From NCBI GenBank assembly GCA_964016885.1, contig OZ024757.1:25420001-25484000 (forward strand): a stretch of 64,000 nucleotides of DNA. Reading direction: 5' to 3'. Shown piece after piece: positions 1 to 13,953 of the stretch. The first letter of the stretch is position 1. The number at the start of each line of letters is the position of its first letter. Made by a program: the position numbers and the translations under genes. This DNA comes from Eledone cirrhosa. Taxonomy: Eukaryota. A model generated the notes under the pieces. The model saw only the letters and a program-made list of their open reading frames with translations. It did no database searches and had not been told where the DNA came from.

Positions 1-557
1 TGTATGTGGTGTCAGTGTATGTGTTTGTATCTGTGTGTGAGGTGTCAGTGTATGTTTGTATCTGTGTGTATGAGGTGTGTGTGTTTGTATGTGTGTATGT
101 GGTGTCAGTGTGTGTGTTTGTATCTGTGTGTGAGGTGTCAGTGTATGTGTTTGTATCTGTGTGTATGTGGTGTCAGTGTGTGTGTTTGTATGTGTATGTG
201 TTTGTATCTGTGTGTGAGGTGTCAGTGTATGTGTTTGTATCTGTGTGTATGTGGTGTCAGTGTGTGTTTGTATGTGTGTGTGGTGTCAGTGTGTGTGTTT
301 GTATCTGTGTGTATGTGGTGTCAGTGTGTGTGTTTGTATCTGTGTGTGAGGTGTCAGTGTATGTGTTTGTATCTGTGTGTATGTGGTGTCAGTGCATGTG
401 TTTGTATCTGTGTGTATGTGGTGTCAGTGTATGTGTTTGTATCTGTGTGTATGTGGTGTCAGTGTGTGAGGTGTCAGTGCATGTGTTTGTATCTGTGTGT
501 ATGTGGTGTCAGTGTGTGTGTTTGTATCTGTGTGTATGTGGTGTCAGTGTGTGTGAG
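1..557. repeat. GT-rich minisatellite (about 32-36 bp unit)
   Basis: repeats of GTGTATGTGGTGTCAGTGT..TTTGTATCT. Confidence 0.9.
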
Positions 558-2595
558 GTTAGGTGATATTCAATGAATATTAATGAATCATCGTTAGTCG
601 AGAGAATACCTTGATTGGATTTGCTAGAACTTGCTTCAAATTTTCTAATGAAATCATTAATATATTTATCAATGCTTAACCATTATCATTAATCATAAAT
701 AAGTATTGCTTTGTTCAGTCAACCATGAAGAGCTTGGAGGAGAGACTTTTAAGCAAACGAAAGTAAATTACTATCTTCGTTTGGAAACATATTGATTAGA
801 TTCTTCTATTGATTTATCTTTGATTTGGTACAAGGCCATAATATTTTAGTTAATCGGGTGTAATCAACAGATTTTACCCTGTTCCACTTCAATGCCTTTT
901 GTGTTCAAATTACGCCTCCGTATTGAATTGGGAACAAACAAAGGAAAGTAGAAAAAATGCAAATAATAATAATAATAACCCTAGAAAAATACAAAAAGAA
1001 AATAAAAACCTTCGAAAAATAAAAAAATAAAAACCCTAGAAAAATATAAAAAAAAATAAAAACCTAAGAAAAATAGAAAAGAAATAGAAAATAAAAACCC
1101 TAGAAAAAAAAATAAAAATCCATAGAAAAATAGGAAAAATGTAAAAAAAACAAAAATCCCTAGAAAAACATTGACATGATAGGATTGAAGCTGTAATCCT
1201 TAAAATATCCAAGAGATTGTTTATAGGAGGCAAAAACTGAAGTGCCTCTTAAGTTTTCCCCCCCTACAGGGTAGACTGGGTGCTTTTTGTCCTTGAAAGC
1301 AGACATATAAATATGATAATGATGATGATGATGACGATGATTCAAGAAACGAAAACAAAAACAAACAGACAAAAAAATATTAAAAAGAAGAAATTCAAAA
1401 CTTTTATTAGGAATCATAAATAACATTGTGTATCATCAAAGAATTAATTTATCATTATTGAGCATTACAAATTGACTTTTAGTTAACCCTTTAGTATTTA
1501 AACCGGCCATATCTGGCCAGAATTCCCTCACCTCTTTCTGTCCAAACTGGCTGTATCCGGCCAGAAGTCTCTCACCTCTTTCTCTTTAAACTGGCTGTGT
1601 CTGGTGAGAATTCCCTCACCTCTTTCTGTTTAAACCGGCTATATCTGGTCAGACCCACACCTCTTTCTGTTTAAACCAGCTATATCTGGTCAGAATTCCC
1701 ACACCTCTTTCTGTTCAAACCGGCTATATCTGGTCAGAATTCCCACACCTCTTTCTGTTCAAACTGGGTGTATCCGGCCAGAATTCTCTCACCTCTTCCT
1801 GTTCAAACTGGCTGTAACTAGCCACTCATACAGATGTTCAGGGACTGTTCATAAAATAAATATCAAAATCTCATAGATTCGATATTATATGAGGTAAAGC
1901 CTTCACCATGAAACTATGATAGTAATTATAGAGTAATGTAAATGCTAAAGGGTTAAGGATGTGAGCAATACTCTTCTCTGTAAATATCTACTTTTACTAC
2001 CTTGTGTCATTTCATTTTATTTAACAGGTTTTTTTTTTTTTTTTTTCCATTAGAAGCTAACAATTTCTCGCAACCATATCAGAGATGGGCTTTTTTTTCT
2101 CTCCTCTTGGTGATCGTAATATAAATAAAAAAAAATATATATTATATAATTTGCAGCTCACACCTTGGTGTTTTAATGATAGGGACCTCCATTCCTATCA
2201 TGTTGTAACAGCTCACACCTATATAGGTTTAACTGGACACCTATGTTGTTGTATCTCGTAAGAGGTGTCTTGGGTGTTTTAAAATAGGGTCCCCCAGTCC
2301 TATCTTACTGTTGTTGTAACACCTCAAACCTATGCAGGTTTAGCTGGCTTCCTACAAGGTTGTATCTCATGAGATTTCTTGGGTGTTTTAAAGATAGGGG
2401 CCCCAGTCTTATAAATATACATATGTATGTTGTAACAGCTCACACCTATGCAAGTTTAGCTGATCTCCTACATGGTTGTATCTCATATGAGATTTCTAGG
2501 GTGTTTTAAGGATAGGGTCACCAGTCCTATCATGTTATTGTCACAGCTCACTTTTACATGGTTGAATCTCATACGAGATATATTGGGAGTTTTAA

Positions 2596-2803
2596 CCCTT
2601 TAGCATTTAAACTGACCGTATCCGGCTAGAATTCTCTCACCTCTTTCTGTTCAAACTGACCGTAACCAGCTTCTCATACTGATGTTAAGGTATTGTTCTC
2701 AAAATAAACAGTATCAAAATCTCATAGATTTGGTATTATGTGAGATAAAGCCTTTACCATGAATATACAATAGTAAATATAGAGTAATTTAAATGCTAAA
2801 GGG
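2596..2803. mobile_element. piggyBac-like MITE (representative copy)
   Basis: TTAA|CCCTTTAGCATT...AATGCTAAAGGG|TTAA. Other copies: 1487-1952, 12840-13060, 33518-33723, 46976-47194, and fragments near 21k, 23.7k, 24.6k, 33.0k, 44.6k, 45.5k and 60.2k. Confidence 0.8.
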
Positions 2804-4196
2804 TTAAGGATAAGGACCCCAGTAGTATCATGAAATGTACACAAATCACCACCCATTACAAGACTTGAACACATAACCTTATGATTGCGAGTTAAACACC
2901 CAAACATCCTAACCACTAGGCCATAGGCCTATTATAAATTTAAAAATAAAAAAAAAAAGAGGTTTCTTTTTTAAAATCACCAGTGGTAGCAAAAGCAGTA
3001 ATCTGAAAACCAGAGGACGCTTCAAAATTTCTACAAATGTCAGCAATTTTAAAATTTCATTACCACTTTTTTATTACTAGGAATTTTTTTAAACACGCTG
3101 ATGCGTATGTATGCATATGAATGCGTTTATATGTATGAGTATATAAATATAAACGTGCAAACACAGACACACTTACAAAAATAAACACTCACAGACATTA
3201 CATTCACACAGGCGGCAGGCGTAAAGAAAGAGGAGTAGTATGAGGTAGTCAAACTGCTCCTCTCTCTTTACGTGTTGTGACAGAATCACAGAAATTTATA
3301 TATAGATAGACCCCCCCCCCCCCTTCCTTCCTTCCTTTTACACACCACACATACATTCACGCAGGCAGCAGACCTAAAGAAAGAGGAGTAGTATGAGGTA
3401 GTCAAACTGCTCCCCTCTCTTTATTATAGTTGTCTCAGGAAAGAATCGCTGGACAGATTTTATGGGGCAAAACCAACCAGCAGGAGACCCACCCAGGGAT
3501 AGAATCCGAGCAAGATGGTTGGATAACATCCATGAGCTTGGGCTGGTCCCACTTTAGGGGACCCAGCCGGATCAGTTGGAGACGGTTGCTTCTGACAGGA
3601 CCCGCTGGAAGGAGTGTTTGAGGACTCTGCCCCGCCACAACCTTCCCAGGAATAAGTGAGAGGAGAAGGAAGAGTAGAAGTATCCTATCTGTCGTTTTAA
3701 TGACTGTTATACCGTCACCCCTATCATAGGGGGCCCCCCTAGCTTTAGAAGGGAATATTACCCTGGCCTTAAGAAAAAAACACACACACACACACACACC
3801 CTGTAATAATTCAACAACTGAAGAAGATTAACAGTGACGCTGTCATAGGCTACAGTGATGATGATGATGATGATGATGATGGTGGTAATGATGATGGTAA
3901 TGATGATGATGTTGAAGCTGGCACTGGCTACAGTGCTGATGGTAATGAAGATGATGATGATGGCAATGATGATAGTGATGATGATGATGATGGTAATGAT
4001 GATGATGGTGATGAAGCTGGCACTGGCTACAGTGATGATAATGATGGTGATGAGTTAAGTCCAGGTATCTTCAGCGATATCCGACTGACTGTAGCAAATT
4101 TGGAGAGATTGCCCCAAAAAATGTTACTGTGTCTACGTGAGCAATTCAAGATGTACTGGGTGGTGTTGGTGGTGGTGGTGGACGTCCACTTAAACA

Positions 4197-4287
4197 TCAC
4201 TTCAGTCCATAGAGGTCAGTTAGTTTACTCACATGGTCGTATGCGTGAATGTTCATGAGCAGTTTACAAATTAGAGCAATGTGTTCC
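4197..4287 (-). CDS. PAXBP1: PAXBP1 exon 19, terminal (EHIALICKLLMNIHAYDHVSKLTDLYGLK*)
   Basis: poly-T+CCAG acceptor, phase 2, TGA at 4199-4197. Confidence 0.85.
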
Positions 4288-4378
4288 CTGGAAAAAAAAA
4301 AAAATCATATTGTATATATATATATATATGCCTATTTTAAGTTGACCGTATGAGGTCTATTTTATATATCAAATATTG

Positions 4379-4438
4379 TATTTTATCTGATGAGAGCATA
4401 CTATAAATTAGTATCCTAGAAATATGTATAATGAAATA
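4379..4438 (+). ncRNA. Hammerhead motif (same family as 62387)
   Basis: UAUUUUAU-CUGAUGA-..AUACUA/UAGUAU..-GAAA-U(AUGU)A-UA/AUGAAAUA. Confidence 0.55.
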
Positions 4439-4546
4439 AATATGATGCTATAGTGATATATTTTCCATTTATTACTATTATTATATATATATAGAAGATA
4501 CTAAGCAGGCTTTGTTTATAAACAGCGGAGATTTGGAAAATAGCTA

Positions 4547-4888
4547 GTAAATAGTGCTTAGGCTGTATTTTGACTAAGTAAATTAGTCTATTAGCTGGGA
4601 TGATAAAAAAAAAACCCACAGAATGGAAAAAAGGGGATGAGCATTGATGTACATGGGATACAAACCTACTTCTTTGGTTATCCAGACCACTGTACTACTG
4701 TTTACACCAATACGCCACGGTAGTACAGTGGTCTGGATAACCAAAGATGTGAGTTTCTGCCCCCATGTACATGGGGCAGAAACTCACATCATGATCATTC
4801 CTTTTTTTTTAACCATTCTGTGGGTTTTTTTAAATCCCAACTAATAGACTAATTTACTTAGTCAAAATACGGTGTAGGCACTATTTAC
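4547..4888. repeat. Imperfect foldback element with nested palindrome
   Basis: GTAAATAGTGC...GCACTATTTAC ends; inner palindrome 4746-4790. Confidence 0.8.
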
Positions 4889-5126
4889 ATGAAAGAAGGA
4901 GGAGGAGGAGGCGAAGAAGAAGGAAAGAAGAAGGAAAAGAAAAAGGCAAAGAAGAAAAAGAAGGAAAGAAGGAGGCAAAGAAGAAGAAGAAAAAGAAGGA
5001 AAAGAAGGAAAGAAGAAGGGAAAAAAAGGCAAAGAAGAAGAAGAAGAAGAAGAAGAAAAAGAAGGCAAAGAAGAAATCAAAGAAGGCAAAGAATAAGTCA
5101 AAGAAGAAGAAAAAAAACTGCTGTAC

Positions 5127-5278
5127 CTTATTTCTTTGTCGCTCTCTTTCGACATATCTCTCTTTTTCCAAAAGGACTCAGCAGCAATCATCAGGAATCG
5201 GGAGAAATTCTCCAAAAGGGGGATGGTCTTGTCTTCTCCAAGATCAATAAACCATTGTTTCGGAAATGTGGAGACGAT
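5127..5278 (-). CDS. PAXBP1: PAXBP1 exon 18 (IVSTFPKQWF...LENFSRFL...DKEI)
   Basis: FPKQWF motif; phase 0->2. Confidence 0.9.
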
Positions 5279-5304
5279 CTGCAAACAAATGTAAAAATAA
5301 ATAA

Positions 5305-5757
5305 TTAATAATAATAATAATAATGCTTTCTTTATTGACCACAAAGGGTTTACATCAAGAAAAACATTATGACAGTACAGGATGAAAACAGAGTGTGTGT
5401 ATGTGTTGGTTTTCAAGGTAAACAAATTAAAAAAAAAAAAAAGGATAAAATTCAAACAAAGAAGGTTCCTCAATAGAGAGGAGACTTTCGAGGGTCATTC
5501 GTGGAAAAACACCCCATAAAACCATGGATACTCTGATCTTCAGGGTCAGTGCCGTGTCCCAGTTGTACTCCTCCAATCTACAGGCTCTCACTCAGAGCAA
5601 GCCCATTCACCCGGGCCATGCTCACTTCTCTCACCCACCTTTCAACAAATTGCTGGGAAAGCAACACTTCTCTCTCTACCCTTATTTTCCTCCTCAAGTG
5701 GAATCTGAAGAAGTTAATCAGGTCTTCTCCAAACCTTTCAAGTGTGTCCACCATACA
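5305..5757 (-). mobile_element. L1/Tx1-like 3' end
   Basis: VWWT..LINFFRFHLRRKIRVERE..FVERW*, AATAAA and (ATT)n tail. Confidence 0.45.
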
Positions 5758-6436
5758 TAATAATAATTGTTTCTACTTTTGGCACAAGGCCAGCAATTAT
5801 CCCAGTGTATTACTGGTGCTTTATTTTATCGATCCCGTAAGGATGAAAGGCAAAGTTAACCTCGGCGGGATTTGAACTCATATCGTAAAGGCCCGTAACT
5901 CCATGCTGCAAAGATATGGCGTCCGACCCTCTAACGATACTGCCATAATAATAATAATTGTTTCTACTTTAGGCACAAGGCCAGCAATTACCCAGTGCAT
6001 TACTGGTACTTTATTTTATCGACCCCGTAAGGATGAAAAGCAAAGTCAACTTTGGCGGGATTTGAACTCAGATCGTAAAGGGACGTAACTATGCTGGATA
6101 CCATATTTCTAATGGAAGGCACTAACTTATGGTTTTGAAATAATTTCCAAATTAATCAAGAATTTGGAGGGATTTAGTAATATATAACTAACTTTCTCAA
6201 TATTAAGCTGGTATTTGGAACATAGCTAGCTTAACAAAGGTTCTTATATATATATATATATACATACACATATATATAAAATATATTTATGTTATATTGT
6301 GCTGAATAAGACCCGTCCCACCCTTGGAAGCAGGGAAAAGCTGACGTAAAATGATGATGATGATGATGATTGTCTGGGATCCAGAAACTTTGCTAATGGA
6401 GTAGTTAGATTTTATGTTGTTCACTTTCTAATTAAA

Positions 6437-6771
6437 TCATCATCATCATCATCATTTTACGTCCGCTTTTCCCTGCTTGCAAGGGTGGGACGGGAACTGA
6501 TTCTGGCTTGATTTCTACAGCTGGATGCCCTTCCTAACACCAACTTTATTTACAGTGAGTGGTGGATGCTTTTTTGCCGTGGCACCTCCACGATCACTTT
6601 GCAGTGGAATGATAGGGACCCCTATCATCTCATTTTTACAGCTGAGTAAACTGGAGCAATGTGAAATAAAGTGTCTTGCTCAAAGAAACAACACATCACC
6701 CGGTCTGAGAATTGAACTCACAACCATTCGATTGCAAGGCCAATGCTCTTACCACTAAGCCATGTGCCTTC
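6437..6771 (-). mobile_element. tRNA-derived SINE family A with RTE-type tail (representative copy)
   Basis: A/B-box-like head (TGGCTTAGTGG..GAGTTCAATTC) and (GAT)n tail. Near-identical copies at 11050-11393, 14207-14556, 18084-18401 and 30733-31084. Confidence 0.85.
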
Positions 6772-8509
6772 ATTACTAAATATATATATATATAGATATA
6801 TGAGGGGCTCATTCTACTGACATGGCTTAAAAGAGGCTGTTTGCATAATTGCAAACGAATCGAATATTATTATTAATATTCCAAAAACTCAGATTACATT
6901 TATTGTATTTGCCATGTAGAGCGATGACCTTTTGTTATATATATATATATATAACAAAAAGTCATCTTTTATATATTATATAAATATATAAAAGAATCTA
7001 ATTCTCTACCCAGACAAAATCCCTTTTCTCACTATTCAACGTAGTAGTGTGTACACTCTGTTTTCATTTGGTTGGTATCTTAAAGATACTAGCTTAATTA
7101 GAACATCGAGTGAGTGGGAAAACAATCAAAGATGTTTCAGTCTTATCAGAAGACTTCATCTTAGCATTATTATATTGTGTATACATATATATATATATAT
7201 ATATATACTGTATAACAAAGTGCAGGGCAATAAAGATAGATGGTAGCCACGGAGTAGGCAGACCCAGAAAAACCTGGGACGAGCTGATAAATTCCGACCT
7301 CACACACTTACACCTCTCCAAGACAATGTCACTGGACCGAGACCTTTGGCGGTATTCAGTAACAGAGAAGACCCGCGTTACCTAAATACAAAGTAAAACC
7401 TACTACAGTCAGTAGGCATCTCTAACAAAATACACCCCCGTCCCACCACCCCCACCCCATCCACACCGCCCCTTTCAATGTAAAGTTATGTTGGTGCCAC
7501 AAAATCCAGGCCGAAACAAATGAGATCGTGTAGGTGTCACGACAAAAAAACACACAGTCCACGCTATAATGTGACCATGTAGGCAACACGGTAAAAACGT
7601 CCCAGTCCCACACTGTAAATGTGGTTGGTGTTAGGAAGGGCATCCAGCTGTAGAAAACCTGCCAGACAGTCCACGCTGTAATGTGGCCGTGTAGGCAACA
7701 CGGTAAAAACCTCCCAGCCCCACACTGTAAATGTGGTTGGTGTTAGGAAGGGCATCCAACTGTAGAAAACCCGCCAGACAGTCCTATGCGAGCAAGACAA
7801 CCACTCTTGCCTCAAGTGGGAAAACTCCCGTCCAAACCCATGCAAGCATGGAACACGGACGTTAAACGATGATGATGATGATGATGATGATGATGTAATA
7901 AAAGTTTGGTAGAAATATCCAAGGGTAAGAGCACTCAGTCTATAGGATGAGTTTAGTATGAATAATATATCGAGATCGTGTAGGCGTCACGACAAAAAAA
8001 CACACACAGTCCACGCTGTATTGTGGCCGTGTAGGTAACACGGTAAAAAGTTCCCAGTTCCACACTGTAAATGTGGTTGGTGTTAGGAAGGGCATCCAGC
8101 CGTAGAAAACCTGCCAGATAGTCCTATATGAGCGAGACACGGTCACCCGACCAGCCTTTCCTCAAGTGGGGCAACTCCCGTCTAACCCATGCTAGCGTGG
8201 AAAATGGACGTTAAACGAAGATGATGATGGTGATGATGATATATAGACACACATACAAGGGCCAGCCGTCAAAGAAACAACACCACGCGTTCGGCCGGCC
8301 CCCTGTATCAAGAAAAGAAAATCTTTTTCGAGGAAATTATTGTTTTTTTTTTTCAAATTTAAAGGCTTTTTTTAAAGAAACTTTCAATGTTTTCAAGTTT
8401 TTAAAGGTTTTGCTGTCTGAAGAACTAAGGCTGTCTTAACTGCCAGTCCTCGGTGGAATATGTATAACAGAGTTTTAAATAAACCTGAATTAACCTCCGA
8501 TCTTTTATT

Positions 8510-9001
8510 AATATATATATACAAATATACACACACACACATACATACATATATATATACTTATATACACATACATACATATATATATACTTATATACAC
8601 ATACATATATACACATACATATATATATATATATACACATACATATACATATATATACATATATACACATACATATACAAACATACATATATATATTTAT
8701 ATACACATACATATATATATATATACTTATATACACATACATATATATATATACTTATATACACATACATATATATATATATATACATATATACACATAC
8801 ATATATATATATATACATATATACACATACATATATATACTTATATACACATACATATATATATATATATACATATACATACATACATTATATATATATA
8901 TACATATATACACATACATACATATATATGTACATATATACACATACACACATATATATATACACATATATACACACATATATATATATATATATATACA
9001 T

Positions 9002-9050
<49 letters not shown>

Positions 9051-9343
9051 TACACATACATACATATATATATATATATATACACATACATACATATATA
9101 TATATATATACACATACATACATACATATATATATACACATACATACATACATATATATATACACATACATACATACATATATATATATATACATATATA
9201 CACATACATATATATATATATACATATATACACATACATATATATATATATACATATATACACATACATATATATATATATATATATACACATACATATA
9301 TATATATACATATATACACATACATATATATATATACATATAT

Positions 9344-9386
<43 letters not shown>

Positions 9387-9498
9387 CATACATACATATA
9401 TATACATACATACATTATATATATATATATAAATATATACACATACATACATATATATATATATACACATACATACATATATATATATATACACATAC

Positions 9499-9531
<33 letters not shown>

Positions 9532-9928
9532 CACATACATACATATATATATACACATACATACATATATATACACATAAATACATACATATATATATAT
9601 ATACACATACATACATATATATACACATATACATATACACATACATATATATACACATATACACATACATATATATATACACATATATACACATACATAC
9701 ATACATATATATATATACACATACATACATATATATATATACACATACATACACACATATATATATACACATAGATACATACATATATATATACACATAG
9801 ATACATACATACATATATATATACACATACATACATACATATACATATATATATATACACATACATACATACATACATATATATATATATATACACATAC
9901 ATACATACATATATATATATATATACAC

Positions 9929-9961
<33 letters not shown>

Positions 9962-10358
9962 CACATACATACATACATATACATATATATATACACATAC
10001 ATACATATATATATACACACATATACACATACATATACATATATATACACATACATACATATATATATACACATACATACATATATATATACACACATAT
10101 ACACATACATATATATACACATATATACATACATATATATATATATACACATATATACACATACATACATACATATATATACACATACATACATATATAT
10201 ATATACATACATACATATATATACACATACATACATATATATATATATACATACATACATATATATATATACATACATACATATATATATATACATACAT
10301 ACATATATATACATACATACATATATATATATACATACATACATATATATATATACAC

Positions 10359-10393
<35 letters not shown>

Positions 10394-10442
10394 CACATAC
10401 ATATATATATACACATACATACATACATATATATATATACAC

Positions 10443-10473
<31 letters not shown>

Positions 10474-10754
10474 CATATACATACATATATATATACACAT
10501 ACATACATACATATATATATACACATACATACATACATATATATATATATATACACATACATACATACATATATATATATATACACATACATACATACAT
10601 ATATATATATATACACATACATACATACATACATATATATATACACATACATACATACATACATATATATATACACATACATACAGATATATATACACAT
10701 ACATACATACATATATATATATACACACACATACATACATATATATATATATAC

Positions 10755-10785
<31 letters not shown>

Positions 10786-10851
10786 TACATACACATACAT
10801 ACATATATATATACACATACATACATATATATATACACATACATACATACA

Positions 10852-10903
<52 letters not shown>

Positions 10904-10920
10904 CATACATACATACATAA
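8510..10920. repeat. About 2.4-kb compound (TA)n/(TACA)n microsatellite
   Basis: seen directly. Confidence 0.97.
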
Positions 10921-11457
10921 ATGTGCATAATCATCAATTAACAGGTATCTTCCATGCTAGCATGGGTTAGACGGGTTTGTCCCATTTAGAGGCAAGTTAG
11001 GTCGGGTGACCGTGTCTCGCTCATATAGGAGAGTTTCTCGGTGTGTATATCATCATCATCATCATCATCATCATTTCATTTTACGTCCGCTTTTTCCCTG
11101 CTTGCAAGGGTGGGACGGGAACTGATGGTGGCTTGATTTCTACAGCTGGATGCCCTTCCTAACACCAACCTCATTTACAGTGAGTGCTGGGTGCTTTTTT
11201 GCCGTGGCACCTCCACGACCACTTTGCAGTGGAATGATAGGGACCTCAGTCCCTATCATCTCATCTCTACAGCTGAGTAAACTGGAGCAATGTGAAATAA
11301 AGTGTCTTGCTCAAGGAAACAACACATCACCCGGTCCGAGAATTGAACTCACAACCTTTCGATTGCAAGGCCAATGCTCTAACCACTAAGCCATATATAT
11401 ATATATATATATAAAAATATGAAAACATGGCGTGCTGCGTGGTTGCAAATGGGTTAC

Positions 11458-11744
11458 ATATGAATAAATTTAGTCCTTCATCAGTGATCTCCCAGCCTTC
11501 ATTGGTATTTCATCGCTTTAAAGGCCATATACCTCTGGTTAGTGCGAGCAATGGCTAAAGAAAGTCGTTGGGAGACGTAAGTAGGGGGAACGAACGTTAC
11601 TGTCTCGCTCGTTCCCCCTATTTACCTGTCCCAACGACTTTCTTTAGCCATTGCTCGCACCAACCAGAGGTATATGGTCTTTAAAGCGATGAAATACCAA
11701 TGAAGGCTGGAAGATCACTGATGAAGGACTAAATTTATTCATAT
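11458..11744. repeat. Near-perfect inverted repeat (arms about 135 bp)
   Basis: seen directly. Confidence 0.92.
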
Positions 11745-11984
11745 ATATATATATATATATATATATACGTGGTTGGTGTTAGGAAGGGCATCCAGCCGTA
11801 GAAAACCCGCCAGACAACCACTCTTGCCTAAAGTGGGAAAACCCCCGTCCAAACCCATGCAAGCGTGGAAGATGGACGTTAAACGATGATGATGATGATG
11901 AAATGGCTGACTGAATACGCACGTGTTTTTTTTCTCCCTGTTCTTTCCTCTTCTCACTCTCTATCTTTCTATTTCTCATTCAAA

Positions 11985-12018
11985 CTTCTGATGAAGGATT
12001 AGTATCCGAAACATTAAG
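11985..12018 (+). ncRNA. Degenerate minimal hammerhead (37184 family)
   Basis: CUU-CUGAUGA-A-GGAU(UAGU)AUCC-GAAACAUU/AAG. Confidence 0.5.
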
Positions 12019-12268
12019 ACTCTTTTCCTATTATTTCAAACATTAAACTAATATATTTCTTCAATGTACTGTGTCATTTGCTTTGTTATTTCTGTTTACT
12101 TTTTACACACATACACACATATATATATATATATACTGTTATCAACTATGCTTGTCTCTCTCTGTACGTAAAATTAGCCCTGTACCTAAGCCATCTTCAG
12201 TATATTCTCATGCACAAACAGTCGCCAGGGAGTCAGGTTCACCGAAATTCCAAGTTAAGTCACCTTAC

Positions 12269-12415
12269 CGCTGAGCATTTCTGCAAGACCTCTGCATTCA
12301 GTGGAGAAGTCTGCAGACCCAAGAGAATATATCGATTGAGTAAACCTTCCAATGCAAGGCTGTGTAACATTTTCGTAGCCAATACTCTATACCAGCTCAG
12401 AATATTTCCTAATAG
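12269..12415 (-). CDS. PAXBP1: PAXBP1 exon 17 (LLGNILSWY...EGLLNRYILL...QKCSA)
   Basis: GLLNRY motif; phase 0->0. Confidence 0.92.
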
Positions 12416-13089
12416 CTGTAAAAAAAAAACAGTGAAAAGAAAATACAATTTGGTCAGAAAGGAACATAAATAATTCATCACAAGATCAAATAAGGTTAGT
12501 TTTACTGACTAGCAGTAATACCTGGCCTTGCCCGGGTGTTTTAAACACTTAACCCATTAGTATTTACGTTATATACTATTATATTTTCACGGTAAAGACT
12601 TTCCTTCACTCCTTCACATAATATTGAATCTATGACATTTTTATGTTAGTTATTTTGAGAGCAATACCTTAACATAAGTATGAGTGGCTGGTTACAGCCA
12701 GTTTGAACAGAAAGTGAGAGAATTCTGGCTGGATATTGTCGGTTTAAATGCTAAAGGGTTAAGTTAAAGTTTGGAACTTAACAAATGTTCTTGCATGAAA
12801 TTACAACAAAAGGTTTTAAGATTTATATAAACACTTTAACCCTTCAGCATTTACATTACTCTATGTTTGCTATTATATTTTCATGCTAAAGGCTTTACCT
12901 CATATAATTTTCTCACATAATATTGAATCTATGACATTTTGATGTTATTTATTTTGAAAACAATACCTTAACATAAGTATGAGCGGCAGGTTACAGCCGG
13001 TTTGAACAGAGAGAGGTGAGAGAATTCTGGCTGAATACGGCCGGTTTGAATGCTAAAGGGTTAATAAACTTTAGAGAGGGGCCACTTAC

Positions 13090-13156
13090 TTTAATGCAAC
13101 TCCAAGATTGTCGATGGAAGAACACAGCTGGTCCGCTGGACCTGTTTTCCAGGATG
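13090..13156 (-). CDS. PAXBP1: PAXBP1 exon 16 (ILENRSSGPAVFFHRQSWSCIK)
   Basis: conserved motif; GTAAGT donor; phase 2->0. Confidence 0.91.
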
Positions 13157-13301
13157 CTGAAAAGGGACAAAGAATATAACAGAATTAATCCAACTCTTGC
13201 TGGCCAGGAAAAAAAGAAATGGACATTAACCATCCTAGTTGTCATGGTGGCATATACTGGTGGAAAAATGCTCATCATTACCATTTAATGACCATTTTGA
13301 C

Positions 13302-13303
<2 letters not shown>

Positions 13304-13377
<74 letters not shown>

Positions 13378-13383
13378 CAGAAA

Positions 13384-13433
<50 letters not shown>

Positions 13434-13783
13434 CAGAAAGAGAGTGTGACAGAAAGAGGGAGAGTGAAAGAGAGTGTGACAGAAAGAGGGAGAGTGAAAG
13501 AGAGTGTGACAGAAAAAGAGAGAGTGACATAGAGAGAGAGAGAGAGTAGCTGAAAGAGAGAGAGAGTGAGAGTGGCTGAAAGAGAGTGAGAGTGGCTGAA
13601 AGAGAGTGAGAGTGACAGAAAGAGAGAGTGAGAGTGACAGAAAGAGAGAGTGAGAGTGACAGAAAGAGAGAGTGAGAGTGACAGAGAGAGTGACAGAGAG
13701 AGAGAGTGACAAAGTGAGATTGACAGAGAGAGAGAGTGACAAAGAGAGAGAGAGAGAGAGAGAGAAAGTGACAGAGAGAGAGA
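13304..13783. repeat. (GA)n-rich compound repeat
   Basis: seen directly. Confidence 0.95.
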
Positions 13784-13876
13784 GGTGTTAGTTAAAACTA
13801 GAGTGAAAAGAAGAATGAGATGTAAAAGATATGAAGTGGGGGTGGGTGGGGTTATAAAGAAACAGATTAAACTCAC

Positions 13877-13953
13877 GATCTGAGGTAAAGTGGCATAAAG
13901 ACATCGTCATCTAATGTTTTCTTCATCCTCTCAACCACAGCCCGCAACAATGC
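13877..13953 (-). CDS. PAXBP1: PAXBP1 exon 15 (ALLRAVVERMKKTLDDDVFMPLYLR)
   Basis: conserved motif; GTGAGT donor; phase 0->2. Confidence 0.92.

Noticed and set aside
4-576. Cys/Val-rich ORFs
   Set aside because: Minisatellite translation.
1271-1297. Acceptor-like site followed by GRLGAFCP* (possible last exon of a plus-strand gene)
   Set aside because: Too short, no recognisable homology and no supported upstream exon in the window.
4889-5120. Arg/Lys-rich protamine-like ORF
   Set aside because: (GAA)n purine tract in an intron.
6690-6771. tRNA-like sequence
   Set aside because: Head of a multi-copy SINE; no proper acceptor stem.
7131-7162. Hairpin plus GAAACAUC on the minus strand resembling an HHR
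   Set aside because: Core reads AAGAUGA rather than CUGANGA and stem I is poor; at best a dead copy.
8460-10937. Long ORFs (446-698 aa) of Y/I/H/T or M/Y/V/C
   Set aside because: Translations of a TA/CA microsatellite; not genes.
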